From a virus, in the IMG/VR virus record IMGVR_UViG_3300027836_000011, positions 1,952-65,951 of that record: a stretch of 64,000 bases of DNA. One strand, written 5' to 3'. How positions within the stretch are numbered: the first letter of the stretch is position 1; each line of letters begins with the position of its first letter. The notes below the pieces were generated by a model. It saw nothing but the letters and a program-made list of their open reading frames with translations, had not been told where the DNA came from and did no database searches. Below are positions 46,439-55,874 of the stretch, piece after piece. A program made the position numbers and the translations under genes.

Positions 46439-46996
46439 TTAAAAAAAGCAATTACCTAAATCAGTTACTACACCAGGATTTTTTCCATCTAAGAAAAACC
46501 AATTTTCTGCCGCTCCACATTCTATATTTGACATACCATAAAAACCACCAACAAAAGGTTGTAAAGGATCTGTACCTGCAGCATCATTATATACTGTATC
46601 TCCAAATGTAGGTAAAGGGTCAAAACCAGTATGCCATGCTGGTATACAACATTCAATACCACATGTTTTTAATTCTCTATTAGTTTCATTATTTCTAAAG
46701 AACAAAGTTAAGTTTGATCCGCAACCACAATTAGGTGAGTTATAATTAACAATTTCCGTATACTCTCCACAACTACCATTAGCATAATGATAAATCTCTT
46801 CACATCCATTACATGATGAATATAAAAATGTTCCATATGGTGGACAAGAAGGACCATAACCATAAAAATCAGATACACTATCTGGTGTATTAAATCCGGC
46901 ATTACTTGACATGTTACGTAATGAAAAAGGTGTACCTACACCTAATTCAGCACCTATCATTGAAAGACTTAATGGTCCGCTAGTTGGTAATGCCAT
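46439..46996 (-). CDS. Putative fibre-tip/adhesin protein (185 aa, Cys-rich)
   Basis: N-terminus MALPTSGPLSLSMIGAELG...SDFYG is a pattern recalled from small proteins that cap phage tail fibres. 11 Cys in the remainder. Confidence 0.45.
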   Translation of the reverse strand: MALPTSGPLSLSMIGAELGVGTPFSLRNMSSNAGFNTPDSVSDFYGYGPSCPPYGTFLYSSCNGCEEIYHYANGSCGEYTEIVNYNSPNCGCGSNLTLFFRNNETNRELKTCGIECCIPAWHTGFDPLPTFGDTVYNDAAGTDPLQPFVGGFYGMSNIECGAAENWFFLDGKNPGVVTDLGNCFF

Positions 46997-47004
46997 GTTT
47001 TATA

Positions 47005-47325
47005 TTAATTTTCAAATGGTAAAGGTGGTGTAACGTCTACAGGATTTACAATCAAGTTTATTTGATTATCCAAATCAGCAGTTAATGCTGGAACATCTAA
47101 ACCAGCCTCTAACCAACTAATTATTTGTTCTTTAGTTAATTGATCATAAGGTGTAAAATCTTCTAAACTTGGTAGTGCTACAAGTAAACCACCATAAGTT
47201 AAAGCCATTACCCCATCTTCATTAACAGCACTGTATTTCCAATTTACTTTGTATACAACATCTTGTAAGTTGTCTTCATTTATTTTGCAATCTAATGATG
47301 CAATAAACCAAGTATATGTGTTCAT
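47005..47325 (-). CDS. Tail-fibre-associated small protein (106 aa)
   Basis: Directly downstream of the chaperone-bearing fibre gene; small acidic protein. Confidence 0.45.
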   Translation of the reverse strand: MNTYTWFIASLDCKINEDNLQDVVYKVNWKYSAVNEDGVMALTYGGLLVALPSLEDFTPYDQLTKEQIISWLEAGLDVPALTADLDNQINLIVNPVDVTPPLPFEN

Positions 47326-47326
47326 A

Positions 47327-49981
47327 TTATTTTATTAATTTAGTTATTAATTCTTTTAGCTCATCTATTTGTTTTTGCTGTTCTTTGATAGCTTCAAACA
47401 TTACAGCTACAGCATTTTGATATTTAACGGCTTTAGTTCCATCTTGATTAGTAACAACTAATTCAGGAAAAGCAACTTCTAATTCTTGTGCAATAAATCC
47501 AATATTATCTTTACTTCCACTATCAGTTCTATCATACAATACACCTCTTGATTTTTGTACTCTTTCAATTACATTTTCAATTGGTCTAATATTTTCTTTT
47601 ACAGATTGATCTGAGTATGCTACAATATCATAATCAGCATAAATAGATATACTACCTACTTGTGTAGTAATTCTTAATGGATAGGATGATGTATTACTTG
47701 CACCAATGGTAATATAACCATTATTATCAATCCACATTCTAGGTAAAGGGTTTGTACCATAACCTGTAGAAGAAGTCATTAGTTTTAATATACCACCACC
47801 ATTTGAACCACTACTAGTACTACCTGCTGAAATAGCTTCAATAGCTGCACTTGTATATCCAACAGTTGAATCATCTTTTCCAGTAAATTGTATTCTACCC
47901 AATGATGTACCAGATACAACATTTGTGTTAAGACTTCTTATATCTAAAACACCACCAGAAGCATTTGCTACTGTTAATTGTGGAAGAAGTCCATAATTAG
48001 GTGTACCAACATCTGTTGTACCAATTGTTACTTGACCTGCATTACTAAAAAACACATGACCAGCACTACTAACTATAAGATTTTTTGTACTTACTGTATC
48101 ATCAATAACTAAATCTGAAGTACCATTTAATGACATAGTCCATTCAGGTACTGTTGATCCAGCTAATACTCCAAAATATACTGCATTTCTAACAAATACA
48201 TTACCTTGTACATCTAATTTTGCACCTACACTAGTTCCTCCAATTGATATTTGTGTACCGTTTTGATATATCTGACTACTTGCAAGAGTTGTTGCAGCTG
48301 AAAAAACTGGAATATAATTAGTTGCACCAGATCCACCAATACCTCCACCACCAGAACCATTTGAAGCTGCTGTAATTCTACCTTGAGCATCTACAGTAAT
48401 ATTAGTATTAGTATAAGATCCTGCAGTAACTGCTGTATTAGCTAAAGCAATAGTTCCTGAAGATGTTATTGTTCCACCGCTTAACCCTGTACCCGCTACA
48501 ATACTTGTAACTGTTCCTGCATTTCCTGTTAGTAAAACACCATTAGCTGTAATAGAACCTGCAGTTCTAAAAGAAGAGGAATTGAAAGCTACCCATGCGC
48601 CACTCATTACTCCTGCAAAACCTGATGTTGCAGTACCAAACCAAAATGAATTTGCACCAAGGCTTAATGCTCCATTGGTTCCTGTTATTCCAAATCCTGC
48701 TCCTATGTTTCCTGCTCTAGTTAAACCATAATAACTATAGTTCAAAGCACTAGCTGGTTCAGTAACAGCTACTGTTCCATATGGATCCGCACCTGAACCG
48801 TTACCTGCTATATTAAGAATATTTCCTGTAAAACCATTTGCAGTCATATTTCCATTAGAAGGATTTATTTTTACAGAACCTATAGTATAAAGAAATTCAG
48901 ATGTTGGAGATCCATTATTAGAATCCACAAAAGTTAAATAATAATCAGCATTAGTAGAAACAAAAGTTGTATTAACAGAAGATGCATTACCTGTTATGTT
49001 AATACCCCAAGTACCACTTGCATTACCACCTGTTAAAGTTGGAGAATAAGAATTATAGTTACTTGAAGAAAGCATTGTTTGCCAACTATTCCATGTAGTA
49101 TCAATACCATTTCTTAATAATAACTGAGCCGGACCTGATGCATTTACACCACTTTGGTTAGCAAAAGCTAATTGATAAGATGAGTCACCAGTACTTGCAC
49201 TAGTGCCATCCCACGGTCTATAAGTCATTACACCTGCATAATTACCCGTAGCTCCTGTAATTGATCCTGCACCAGCAAAATCAAATTGTACAGCACGTGG
49301 TGGATTACCATTAGGTAATTTATTACCCGCAATTCTATCACCATCAGGTGAAGATACATATAAAGAAATATTTGAACTACCCGAACTTCCTGTAACACTA
49401 ATTGGCCATGTACCTGTTGCACCTGAACCATTATTTTCAGGATATCTTCCATCTAAATCTACAGTTAAAGAAGATAATCCATTTCTACCTAAAGTTAAAA
49501 TACCTGTTGCAGTATCCCAACCTAAACTTGTTGGGTAATTATTACTATCAACATAACTTGATGCTATGGTAATTGTATCTGTAGTTGCATTTGTTGTAAT
49601 GGTTACGTTTGAACCAGCAACCAAAGTAAGTGTATCATTATTAGTATCAGCAACAACTGTTGACTGACCAGATACAGCAAAGTTTTTAAATATAGCTTGA
49701 GAGGATCCTAAGTCAGTATTTGTAATTGTAATGTTTGGTGTTGTAGTAGCATTGGCAACTGATGCAGAAATACCAGTACCATTGGTTACCGCAACACTAG
49801 TTACTGTGCCACTACCTGTGCCTGCTCCAATATCAGAACGCACTTGAGCGGCAGTTCTATATTTAACTAAACCTCCATCTGAAACTAAAAATGTGTTTGA
49901 TGCTGTGGCTAAATTAGCTATAGTTGATACAGTTAATGTACCCGCTTGTATATTTTGACTGGTTAAAAATCTTATTGCCAT
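47327..49981 (-). CDS. Tail fibre with C-terminal intramolecular chaperone (peptidase S74-like), 884 aa
   Basis: Gly/Thr/Ser-rich repeats. C-terminal YSDQSVKENIRPI...GFIAQELEVAFPELV...AVKYQ...EAIKEQQKQIDELK is the canonical ICA/S74 signature. Confidence 0.85.
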   Translation of the reverse strand: MAIRFLTSQNIQAGTLTVSTIANLATASNTFLVSDGGLVKYRTAAQVRSDIGAGTGSGTVTSVAVTNGTGISASVANATTTPNITITNTDLGSSQAIFKNFAVSGQSTVVADTNNDTLTLVAGSNVTITTNATTDTITIASSYVDSNNYPTSLGWDTATGILTLGRNGLSSLTVDLDGRYPENNGSGATGTWPISVTGSSGSSNISLYVSSPDGDRIAGNKLPNGNPPRAVQFDFAGAGSITGATGNYAGVMTYRPWDGTSASTGDSSYQLAFANQSGVNASGPAQLLLRNGIDTTWNSWQTMLSSSNYNSYSPTLTGGNASGTWGINITGNASSVNTTFVSTNADYYLTFVDSNNGSPTSEFLYTIGSVKINPSNGNMTANGFTGNILNIAGNGSGADPYGTVAVTEPASALNYSYYGLTRAGNIGAGFGITGTNGALSLGANSFWFGTATSGFAGVMSGAWVAFNSSSFRTAGSITANGVLLTGNAGTVTSIVAGTGLSGGTITSSGTIALANTAVTAGSYTNTNITVDAQGRITAASNGSGGGGIGGSGATNYIPVFSAATTLASSQIYQNGTQISIGGTSVGAKLDVQGNVFVRNAVYFGVLAGSTVPEWTMSLNGTSDLVIDDTVSTKNLIVSSAGHVFFSNAGQVTIGTTDVGTPNYGLLPQLTVANASGGVLDIRSLNTNVVSGTSLGRIQFTGKDDSTVGYTSAAIEAISAGSTSSGSNGGGILKLMTSSTGYGTNPLPRMWIDNNGYITIGASNTSSYPLRITTQVGSISIYADYDIVAYSDQSVKENIRPIENVIERVQKSRGVLYDRTDSGSKDNIGFIAQELEVAFPELVVTNQDGTKAVKYQNAVAVMFEAIKEQQKQIDELKELITKLIK

Positions 49982-50006
49982 CTATAATTTTATTTTATAT
50001 TGGTAC

Positions 50007-50014
50007 CAAAAGTA
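50007..50014 (-). promoter_or_regulatory. Bacteroidota-type -7 element TACTTTTG upstream of the S74 fibre gene
   Basis: Exact TAnnTTTG match between the terminator and the ATG at 49981. No clear -33 box. Confidence 0.4.
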
Positions 50015-50029
50015 CAATTTTTAATTTAT

Positions 50030-50068
50030 AAAAAAGGGGGAAACCATGACTTTATGAAATCCCCCTTT
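50030..50068 (-). terminator. Intrinsic terminator after the 745-aa fibre gene
   Basis: GGGGGA (50036-50041) and TCCCCC (50060-50065) arms with inner pairing; 6-T tract on the minus strand. Confidence 0.75.
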
Positions 50069-50084
50069 CATATAAACTTATTGT

Positions 50085-52322
50085 TTATCCTATTTTTGTA
50101 ATCAATACTCTAATAGGGTTTGTAGGAACTGCTCCAAATGTAACAGTTACGGCATTCACACTTGTTCTTACTACATCAGCAAAAACAGTATCAAAAGTTA
50201 CTGTATCATATAATTGAACTATAACATCCAATGAATTTAAGTTATGTGTTACAGCACCTGTTGCACTAATAGTTGCTGCGCGTTCTCTATTTGTTATAGT
50301 ATTAGTAATGTTAGTAATCAACTGTGCTGGAGTAACAGCTTTAGTAGTTACAGTACCTGCACTAGCTTCAAGGTCAGTTGCAATTAAAATTACCCCAGGA
50401 GTACCTGTACTTGATGCTTGAATATTCTCAGTGGTAAATGCTGTAATAACACCATTTGTTAATGAAACAGTATTAAATATTGCAACACCAGATGTATTAT
50501 TATTTCCAATATCAATAGTTTGTGTTAAACCAACAGTAGGGTTATAAGATCCTGTAGTTTCAGTACCTAATATAATACCACCATCTTTAACGGTTACTTG
50601 ACCTGCAGCACTTACTGCAAAATTATCAGAACTAAATGATGCAATACCTACTGTAGTAGTAGAAGCTAAATCAATATTATTTTGAACTCTTGTCCAATCT
50701 GCTAATGTAGTTGGAGTATTAATATTTGCAATAAGCAAATCACCTACTCTAACTTGTTCTGTAAAGAACAAACCTTCAACTGTAACAGTATATGTAAATC
50801 CTTTATTAATAGTACCTGTAGGTGGGACATCTAAATCCGGTGTATTAGTTGCAGCATCATATCCTCCTTGGTAAATTAAAGCACCTGAACCAGCAAATGT
50901 ACTATCTACATAAGCTTTAGTAGCAGCATCTTGAGCTAATGTTGGATTAACAACATTTTGTAATTTAAAAGTACCAATATTTAAGTCTGCGGTAGGTAAG
51001 CCTAATTGACTTAATGAAATACTTGAAATTAATGCTTTAGCTGCATTACCAGATGAAAAATCATGAATTAAAATTGAATCACCACCTAATGCAGTTACAG
51101 ATGTAGGTGCAGAATTTACAATGTTGGATGCTCCAGTATAGTTAACAGCAATAGTACCAGTAGAAGTAATTGTACCACCTGTTAAACCAGTTCCTGCAGT
51201 AACACTTGTTACGGTACCTGCATTTGTAGCATTAATAGTTACAGTAGTTCCCGATACTGAAGTTGTGATTCCAGTACCTCCGGTAAATGTAAATGTACCA
51301 CTTGATGTAATTGCAGTACCAGTTCCTGATCCAGCAGCTAATGTAATAGATGTAACTGTACCTTGATATTGGTCAGTTGAATTAATAGTTAAATTTGAAT
51401 TAGTACCTGTGATAGAAATATTAGTACCTGCAGTAAGTGCAAGAACTCCTGTATTTACAATACTTAAATATGCTACACCTAATGATGTAGAAGCTGTAGT
51501 AGTAATACCTGCACCAGCATTAAAATTAACAGCTACACCATTTGTAATGGTTTGAGGTGTTCCAGCAGTTCCTTGCAATGTCCAACTATATATACCTGAT
51601 ATTGGTGACCATGTATTATCACCTCTTAAATATGTTGTTGAACTTGGTGTACCCGTTGCACTCAAACTAACTGTAATTGCAGGAGTTGTTGATCCAGTAG
51701 CTACAGAAGTTGAAACAAATGTAGAGTTAACACCAGTAACGTTTGTTACAGTACCATCTGCACCAAATCCAGGAAATGAAGAAAGCAATGCTTTTTTAAT
51801 TGTGCTATCTGTAGCATCACTAAACCATAATGTATCAGCACCAACCGGAGTAGCTGCTGTTGCAGCTAAAATTGCATTTGAAGCACCAGCATAAAGAATA
51901 CTTACAGTAGGATTTATTGTTGCTGTACCTGTAACTGATATACCTGTTCCTGCTGATACTGATGTTACTGTACCTGCAGCAGAATCAGTCCCTGTAATAG
52001 TTAATGTATTAGCACTTGTTCTTGTAACAACAACTGTACCCGCACCAGTTAAAGTAACATCATTAGTAGTAGAATCACTACCTGTTAATCTAATTGCAGT
52101 TCCTGTTGGAGCTGTAGCTAATGTATACGTTGTATTAGCATCTGGTCCTGATTGAATTGGTACCCAACCAGCAGCTGTTTTTAATTGTAATTTGTCCGTT
52201 ACTGTATCATAATAGATTTGACCTTCCGTGGACGTAGAAGGAACAGTACCTAAATTCTGAATAACTGCATATTGCAATTCATTCTGATTCAGGTTAATAC
52301 TATTTAAATATTTAATTGCCAT
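50085..52322 (-). CDS. Tail fibre/collar fibre protein (745 aa)
   Basis: Thr/Gly-rich with repeated GTVTS(V/I) units, a YQGGYDAATNTPDL module and a C-terminal THNLNSLDVIVQLYD domain. Confidence 0.7.
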   Translation of the reverse strand: MAIKYLNSINLNQNELQYAVIQNLGTVPSTSTEGQIYYDTVTDKLQLKTAAGWVPIQSGPDANTTYTLATAPTGTAIRLTGSDSTTNDVTLTGAGTVVVTRTSANTLTITGTDSAAGTVTSVSAGTGISVTGTATINPTVSILYAGASNAILAATAATPVGADTLWFSDATDSTIKKALLSSFPGFGADGTVTNVTGVNSTFVSTSVATGSTTPAITVSLSATGTPSSTTYLRGDNTWSPISGIYSWTLQGTAGTPQTITNGVAVNFNAGAGITTTASTSLGVAYLSIVNTGVLALTAGTNISITGTNSNLTINSTDQYQGTVTSITLAAGSGTGTAITSSGTFTFTGGTGITTSVSGTTVTINATNAGTVTSVTAGTGLTGGTITSTGTIAVNYTGASNIVNSAPTSVTALGGDSILIHDFSSGNAAKALISSISLSQLGLPTADLNIGTFKLQNVVNPTLAQDAATKAYVDSTFAGSGALIYQGGYDAATNTPDLDVPPTGTINKGFTYTVTVEGLFFTEQVRVGDLLIANINTPTTLADWTRVQNNIDLASTTTVGIASFSSDNFAVSAAGQVTVKDGGIILGTETTGSYNPTVGLTQTIDIGNNNTSGVAIFNTVSLTNGVITAFTTENIQASSTGTPGVILIATDLEASAGTVTTKAVTPAQLITNITNTITNRERAATISATGAVTHNLNSLDVIVQLYDTVTFDTVFADVVRTSVNAVTVTFGAVPTNPIRVLITKIG

Positions 52323-52353
52323 GATTTTCTATTTTTGTTTTTAGTTATTGTTT

Positions 52354-52854
52354 TTAATTTAAATATGCATACCCTGCAAATGCAGAAGTAAATGTTATTG
52401 TTAATGTATTTGAATTATTGTATGATATATCACCAACAACAACGTGATTTAAATCATCAACCACTGTCACTGAAGGATAACTCCCTAGATTATGTGTTAT
52501 AACCCAAACTGCTAATGGCACATCTTGAGTATGTATGTATGTTCCTGTATTGCATAAAATAGATTCTAAATCTATTATTGTACAAACATTAGTTGGTATA
52601 ACTGGGCAAGACATACTTGCTTCCGTATTGATAGTTGCTAATGGTTCAATAAAGACACCTGTTTGACCACTATCAATAATTATTTTGTTAGAAGCACTGT
52701 TTTGCCAGTCACACAAATACTTATTTAAAGTTGCTGTTTCAAAATCAACATAACAACAAGGTTCTATACCAAATTTAATTTCTTTAAAATTTGTATATGC
52801 CTGTGTTGCAAAAGTTTGCTCAGTCTTAATTCTTTTAATAAGTGTTTGTTCCAT
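52354..52854 (-). CDS. Putative fibre-anchoring/adaptor protein (166 aa)
   Basis: C-terminal YIHTQ...WVITHNLGSYPSVTVVD...LTITFTSAFAGYAYLN domain, similar to the C-terminus of the 745-aa protein. N-terminal half is Cys-containing. Confidence 0.45.
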   Translation of the reverse strand: MEQTLIKRIKTEQTFATQAYTNFKEIKFGIEPCCYVDFETATLNKYLCDWQNSASNKIIIDSGQTGVFIEPLATINTEASMSCPVIPTNVCTIIDLESILCNTGTYIHTQDVPLAVWVITHNLGSYPSVTVVDDLNHVVVGDISYNNSNTLTITFTSAFAGYAYLN

Positions 52855-52856
52855 AG

Positions 52857-53060
52857 TTATTTATTTCTGAAATCTCTAATTTGTTGAGCAGCTAATTCTA
52901 AATTTAAATCTCTTGTAGGTAGCACTTGTGTAGGTGCTTCACCACTTAATCTTTTATTAGCCCATTCATTTACACATGTTTTACATATGGCTGTTCCTTG
53001 ATCATCAAATGCTTTTTGACAACCACAGGTAAACGTCTTATTACAATTTGCACAATTCAT
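52857..53060 (-). CDS. Small Cys-rich protein (67 aa)
   Basis: CxxC-x5-CxC-x11-CxxC; tightly packed in the operon with an A-rich leader. Confidence 0.6.
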   Translation of the reverse strand: MNCANCNKTFTCGCQKAFDDQGTAICKTCVNEWANKRLSGEAPTQVLPTRDLNLELAAQQIRDFRNK

Positions 53061-53102
53061 ATTAATTTATTTTTGGTTTATAAAATCTGTATTGTTATTT
53101 CA

Positions 53103-53675
53103 TTAGTATAAGTATGTTTTTCCACCACAATTTCCTGATGGACAAATTACTTTATCTAATCTATCTTTTGCATAATTATATAGCTGCATTCCTTGAGCTG
53201 GAGATTGACAATATTCAACATTAGCTACAGCAGCATCAATCATAATTTTAATATACCCCATTTCATCTAACAATTGTTGTTTATATGTTTGAGGTTGGCA
53301 TGCTTGAATATCTAGATCGCATAATACTTGATAGTATTTTGTCATTAATCTAGTAACCCTTAAGTGGTTATATTCAACATAAACTTTTGAATTAGGAGAT
53401 ACACTATATCTAATAACATAAATTCCATCAGGAATTTCTTGTTGTATAGTCCCACAATTAACTTTTTGTATTGCAAGAGCACATGCAGTTAAGCACATGT
53501 CAAAACCTTTTGTTACTTTAAGTAATACAGGAACAGTAAATCCTGGAAGTGTGATTAATAATTCTTCACAATCAACAGCAAGTTCTGAAGAATACTGACT
53601 AGTATCTTTAATACATAAAAGATTACAGTTAGATACTGTTGGTATTTCTAAGCTTAATATATGTTTGTCAGCCAT
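53103..53675 (-). CDS. Putative tail hub/collar structural protein (190 aa)
   Basis: IPDGIYVIRYSVSP motif and its position between the capsid-accessory and fibre genes; Cys-rich. Confidence 0.4.
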   Translation of the reverse strand: MADKHILSLEIPTVSNCNLLCIKDTSQYSSELAVDCEELLITLPGFTVPVLLKVTKGFDMCLTACALAIQKVNCGTIQQEIPDGIYVIRYSVSPNSKVYVEYNHLRVTRLMTKYYQVLCDLDIQACQPQTYKQQLLDEMGYIKIMIDAAVANVEYCQSPAQGMQLYNYAKDRLDKVICPSGNCGGKTYLY

Positions 53676-53703
53676 TTTGATATTTATTTTAATACACTAT
53701 ATA

Positions 53704-53713
53704 TACAATATAC
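53704..53713 (-). promoter_or_regulatory. Putative late promoter motif GTATATTGTA
   Basis: Preceded by a T-run, downstream of a terminator, and 28 nt upstream of the ATG at 53675. Confidence 0.4.
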
Positions 53714-53731
53714 AAAAAAATTAGAATAAAG

Positions 53732-53767
53732 AAAAAAAAAAGAGTAGGAGTTTTTGGCCCCTACTCT
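53732..53767 (-). terminator. Strong intrinsic terminator after the 487-aa gene
   Basis: Minus strand AGAGTAGGGG-CCAAAAA-CTCCTACTCT followed by a 9-T run. Confidence 0.85.
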
Positions 53768-53802
53768 AAATTTTAAAAAATCAACCTCTTAAGGTATATT
53801 GA

Positions 53803-55266
53803 TTACCAGTAAAGATTAGTTTCTAATGCAATGTTATTACCAGCAGCATTTGCTAATGCAACTACTTTGTTAACCAATGCTAATACAGCAGTGTTAGCAG
53901 CAGTGTCAGAACATTTAACATATACTTGGTAAACATATTGATCATTATCAAACACACCACTTGGATTGTTAAATCTTGGAACAGTATGTTGGATATAGTA
54001 TGCTTTATAAGTAGCAGCTCTATCAACAGCACCTAAGATTTCATCTGACATTTCAATTTGTCTGATTCTTGCACTGTCAGCATTCCCTTGGTTGAAAGGA
54101 GATTGTCTGTATCTTTCAGATAAGATTAAATCTCTAACTACTTGTTCACCTTGAGTTTGTTGCATTTGACCTGGAGTGCTAGTAGCAACACCACAATCAT
54201 TACAAGGATTTCCAGTTTCATCTAGAATAGAAGCAATGATAACAACTGGTTCAGCGTTATAATGATCTCTAGTATCAAAAGAACAGTTACCAAATTGAGT
54301 ATCTACATAAGCACCAACAAAATTAACTGTAGCAGTTACTTTAGTTGTACCATTAGGATCAAGTGAAGGAGTATAGTTTCCAGCAGAAGCAGTACCTAAA
54401 GCTTGTTCAATAGTGTAAACAGATTGTACAGCTACAGCACCAGTAGTTGCAGTAACTACAACACCACCTGCAGTAAGAGCAGTAACTGTTAAAGTTCCAG
54501 CAGTACCACCAGCAACAGCCAATACATCACCTACAGTATAACCAGCACCAACAGAAGCAACGCTATAAGTAGCAATAGCACCAGAAGATACAGTTAAAAT
54601 ATTAATTTTAAATCCTGAACCAGTACCACCAGTTGTAGCAACAGCGTTAGCAACAGAATATCCAGAACCACCAACTAATGTAGCAGTTTGAACACCGTTA
54701 ACATCACCTTCAGCAACAAATGGTTTAATTAATGGATCACCAAGAACCATTTGAGCCATAGCAGCAGAAACCAAAGTTGGATCTAAAAATTCTTGATCAC
54801 CTACACAACAAATGTTAGCTGAATCACCAATTGCATAAGCATTGTGATTTAAGAAACGTAATGTTGGAGAACCTTTAACATCAATTCTCATGAATTGAGT
54901 TTTTCCACATGGTGCACAATCAGAACCTAAAGACAAAGAAGCTGTAGCTTGTTGAGCTGATAAACAGTTAGTTACCCAAGCTCTTGAGATAAATTTAGGG
55001 TTGATACCTTTTGATTTAACTGATTCTTTGTAACCACCATTACCAGGATTGTTTCCAATGGTATCTTTAGTGTAATAACTTCCTTGTACAAGGTAAGCTA
55101 ATGAGTTAGCTGGTAAAGCACCTCCAGACACAGCAATAGTTTGCCATGTTGCATCAGTAACTAAACCTAGCTGTCCAGCAGTCAATGCTGAAGTTGCAGT
55201 ACCTGCAGCCGCTTGGGTTGAAGTAGCAACAAACGTTTTGTAAAACGCATGATTAAAATAAGCCAT
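53803..55266 (-). CDS. Probable auxiliary/minor capsid protein (487 aa) with a Gly-rich beta insertion
   Basis: Has its own promoter-like motif and terminator, suggesting high expression. Its position matches the conserved gene after the MCP and ring genes in crAss-like phages. Insertion GGSGY...GGTGSG...GAGY at ~54480-54700. Confidence 0.5.
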   Translation of the reverse strand: MAYFNHAFYKTFVATSTQAAAGTATSALTAGQLGLVTDATWQTIAVSGGALPANSLAYLVQGSYYTKDTIGNNPGNGGYKESVKSKGINPKFISRAWVTNCLSAQQATASLSLGSDCAPCGKTQFMRIDVKGSPTLRFLNHNAYAIGDSANICCVGDQEFLDPTLVSAAMAQMVLGDPLIKPFVAEGDVNGVQTATLVGGSGYSVANAVATTGGTGSGFKINILTVSSGAIATYSVASVGAGYTVGDVLAVAGGTAGTLTVTALTAGGVVVTATTGAVAVQSVYTIEQALGTASAGNYTPSLDPNGTTKVTATVNFVGAYVDTQFGNCSFDTRDHYNAEPVVIIASILDETGNPCNDCGVATSTPGQMQQTQGEQVVRDLILSERYRQSPFNQGNADSARIRQIEMSDEILGAVDRAATYKAYYIQHTVPRFNNPSGVFDNDQYVYQVYVKCSDTAANTAVLALVNKVVALANAAGNNIALETNLYW

Positions 55267-55319
55267 AATTTTTGTTTTTTGTTGTTAATAAATATATATA
55301 GTTGTACTACGTGTACAGA

Positions 55320-55340
55320 TATAATATAAGAAAAATTTTT
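55320..55340 (-). promoter_or_regulatory. Putative late promoter motif TTATATTATA next to the palindrome AAAAATTTTT
   Basis: Motif at 55320-55329; 10-bp palindrome at 55331-55340. Confidence 0.4.
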
Positions 55341-55350
55341 TAATTTCCAA

Positions 55351-55872
55351 TTATGATAGGAAAATTAATTTATATTTTGTTGCATTAATAGAATCTTTTA
55401 CAAGATCTAGATTATTTACAATTTCTGAGTAAGGCATCATACCTTGTAATTTATTAACAGTATTGTATAAATCTCTTAAATATCCTACTGCATCAGCTAC
55501 AGTATCTAATGTTCTAATTGGTGAATCTTTATATGATAAAAGTTTTTCAGATACACCTTGATATCCTTCAACTAGAGTATCAGCATGATCATGTAAACCT
55601 TCATAAAAACCACCCAAAGCTATATGTGCTGAATAAGAACCTTCTCCATTTATTTTTAAATGAAGTCTATGAAAACTAATTGCAGCATTCATCATTTCAG
55701 TTGCTAAATTAGCAGTCATTGTATCTAATGAGCTTCCACCTACCCCAGTATCTGGTACAGGTTTGGCTATATTATATTCTTCCTTTTCTTCCTTTTCTTC
55801 AACTTTTGCAGATGGTCTACTAATTGTTTTAGCTGGTTGAGAGATTGTTTTTAATGTTCTTAATTTTTCCAT
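55351..55872 (-). CDS. Dps/ferritin-like four-helix protein (DUF5856-like, 173 aa)
   Basis: FHRLHLKINGEGSYSAHIALGGFYEGLHDHADTLVEGYQG matches the Dps H-x5-G...H...Y...D-x3-E spacing. Charged, probably disordered N-terminal tail. Confidence 0.7.
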   Translation of the reverse strand: MEKLRTLKTISQPAKTISRPSAKVEEKEEKEEYNIAKPVPDTGVGGSSLDTMTANLATEMMNAAISFHRLHLKINGEGSYSAHIALGGFYEGLHDHADTLVEGYQGVSEKLLSYKDSPIRTLDTVADAVGYLRDLYNTVNKLQGMMPYSEIVNNLDLVKDSINATKYKLIFLS

Positions 55873-55874
55873 GA

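Noticed and set aside
47327-52322. Diversity-generating retroelement targeting the fibre genes
   Set aside because: No reverse transcriptase and no near-identical template/variable repeat pair differing at adenines was seen in this window. The fibre ends in an ICA chaperone rather than a C-type lectin variable region.
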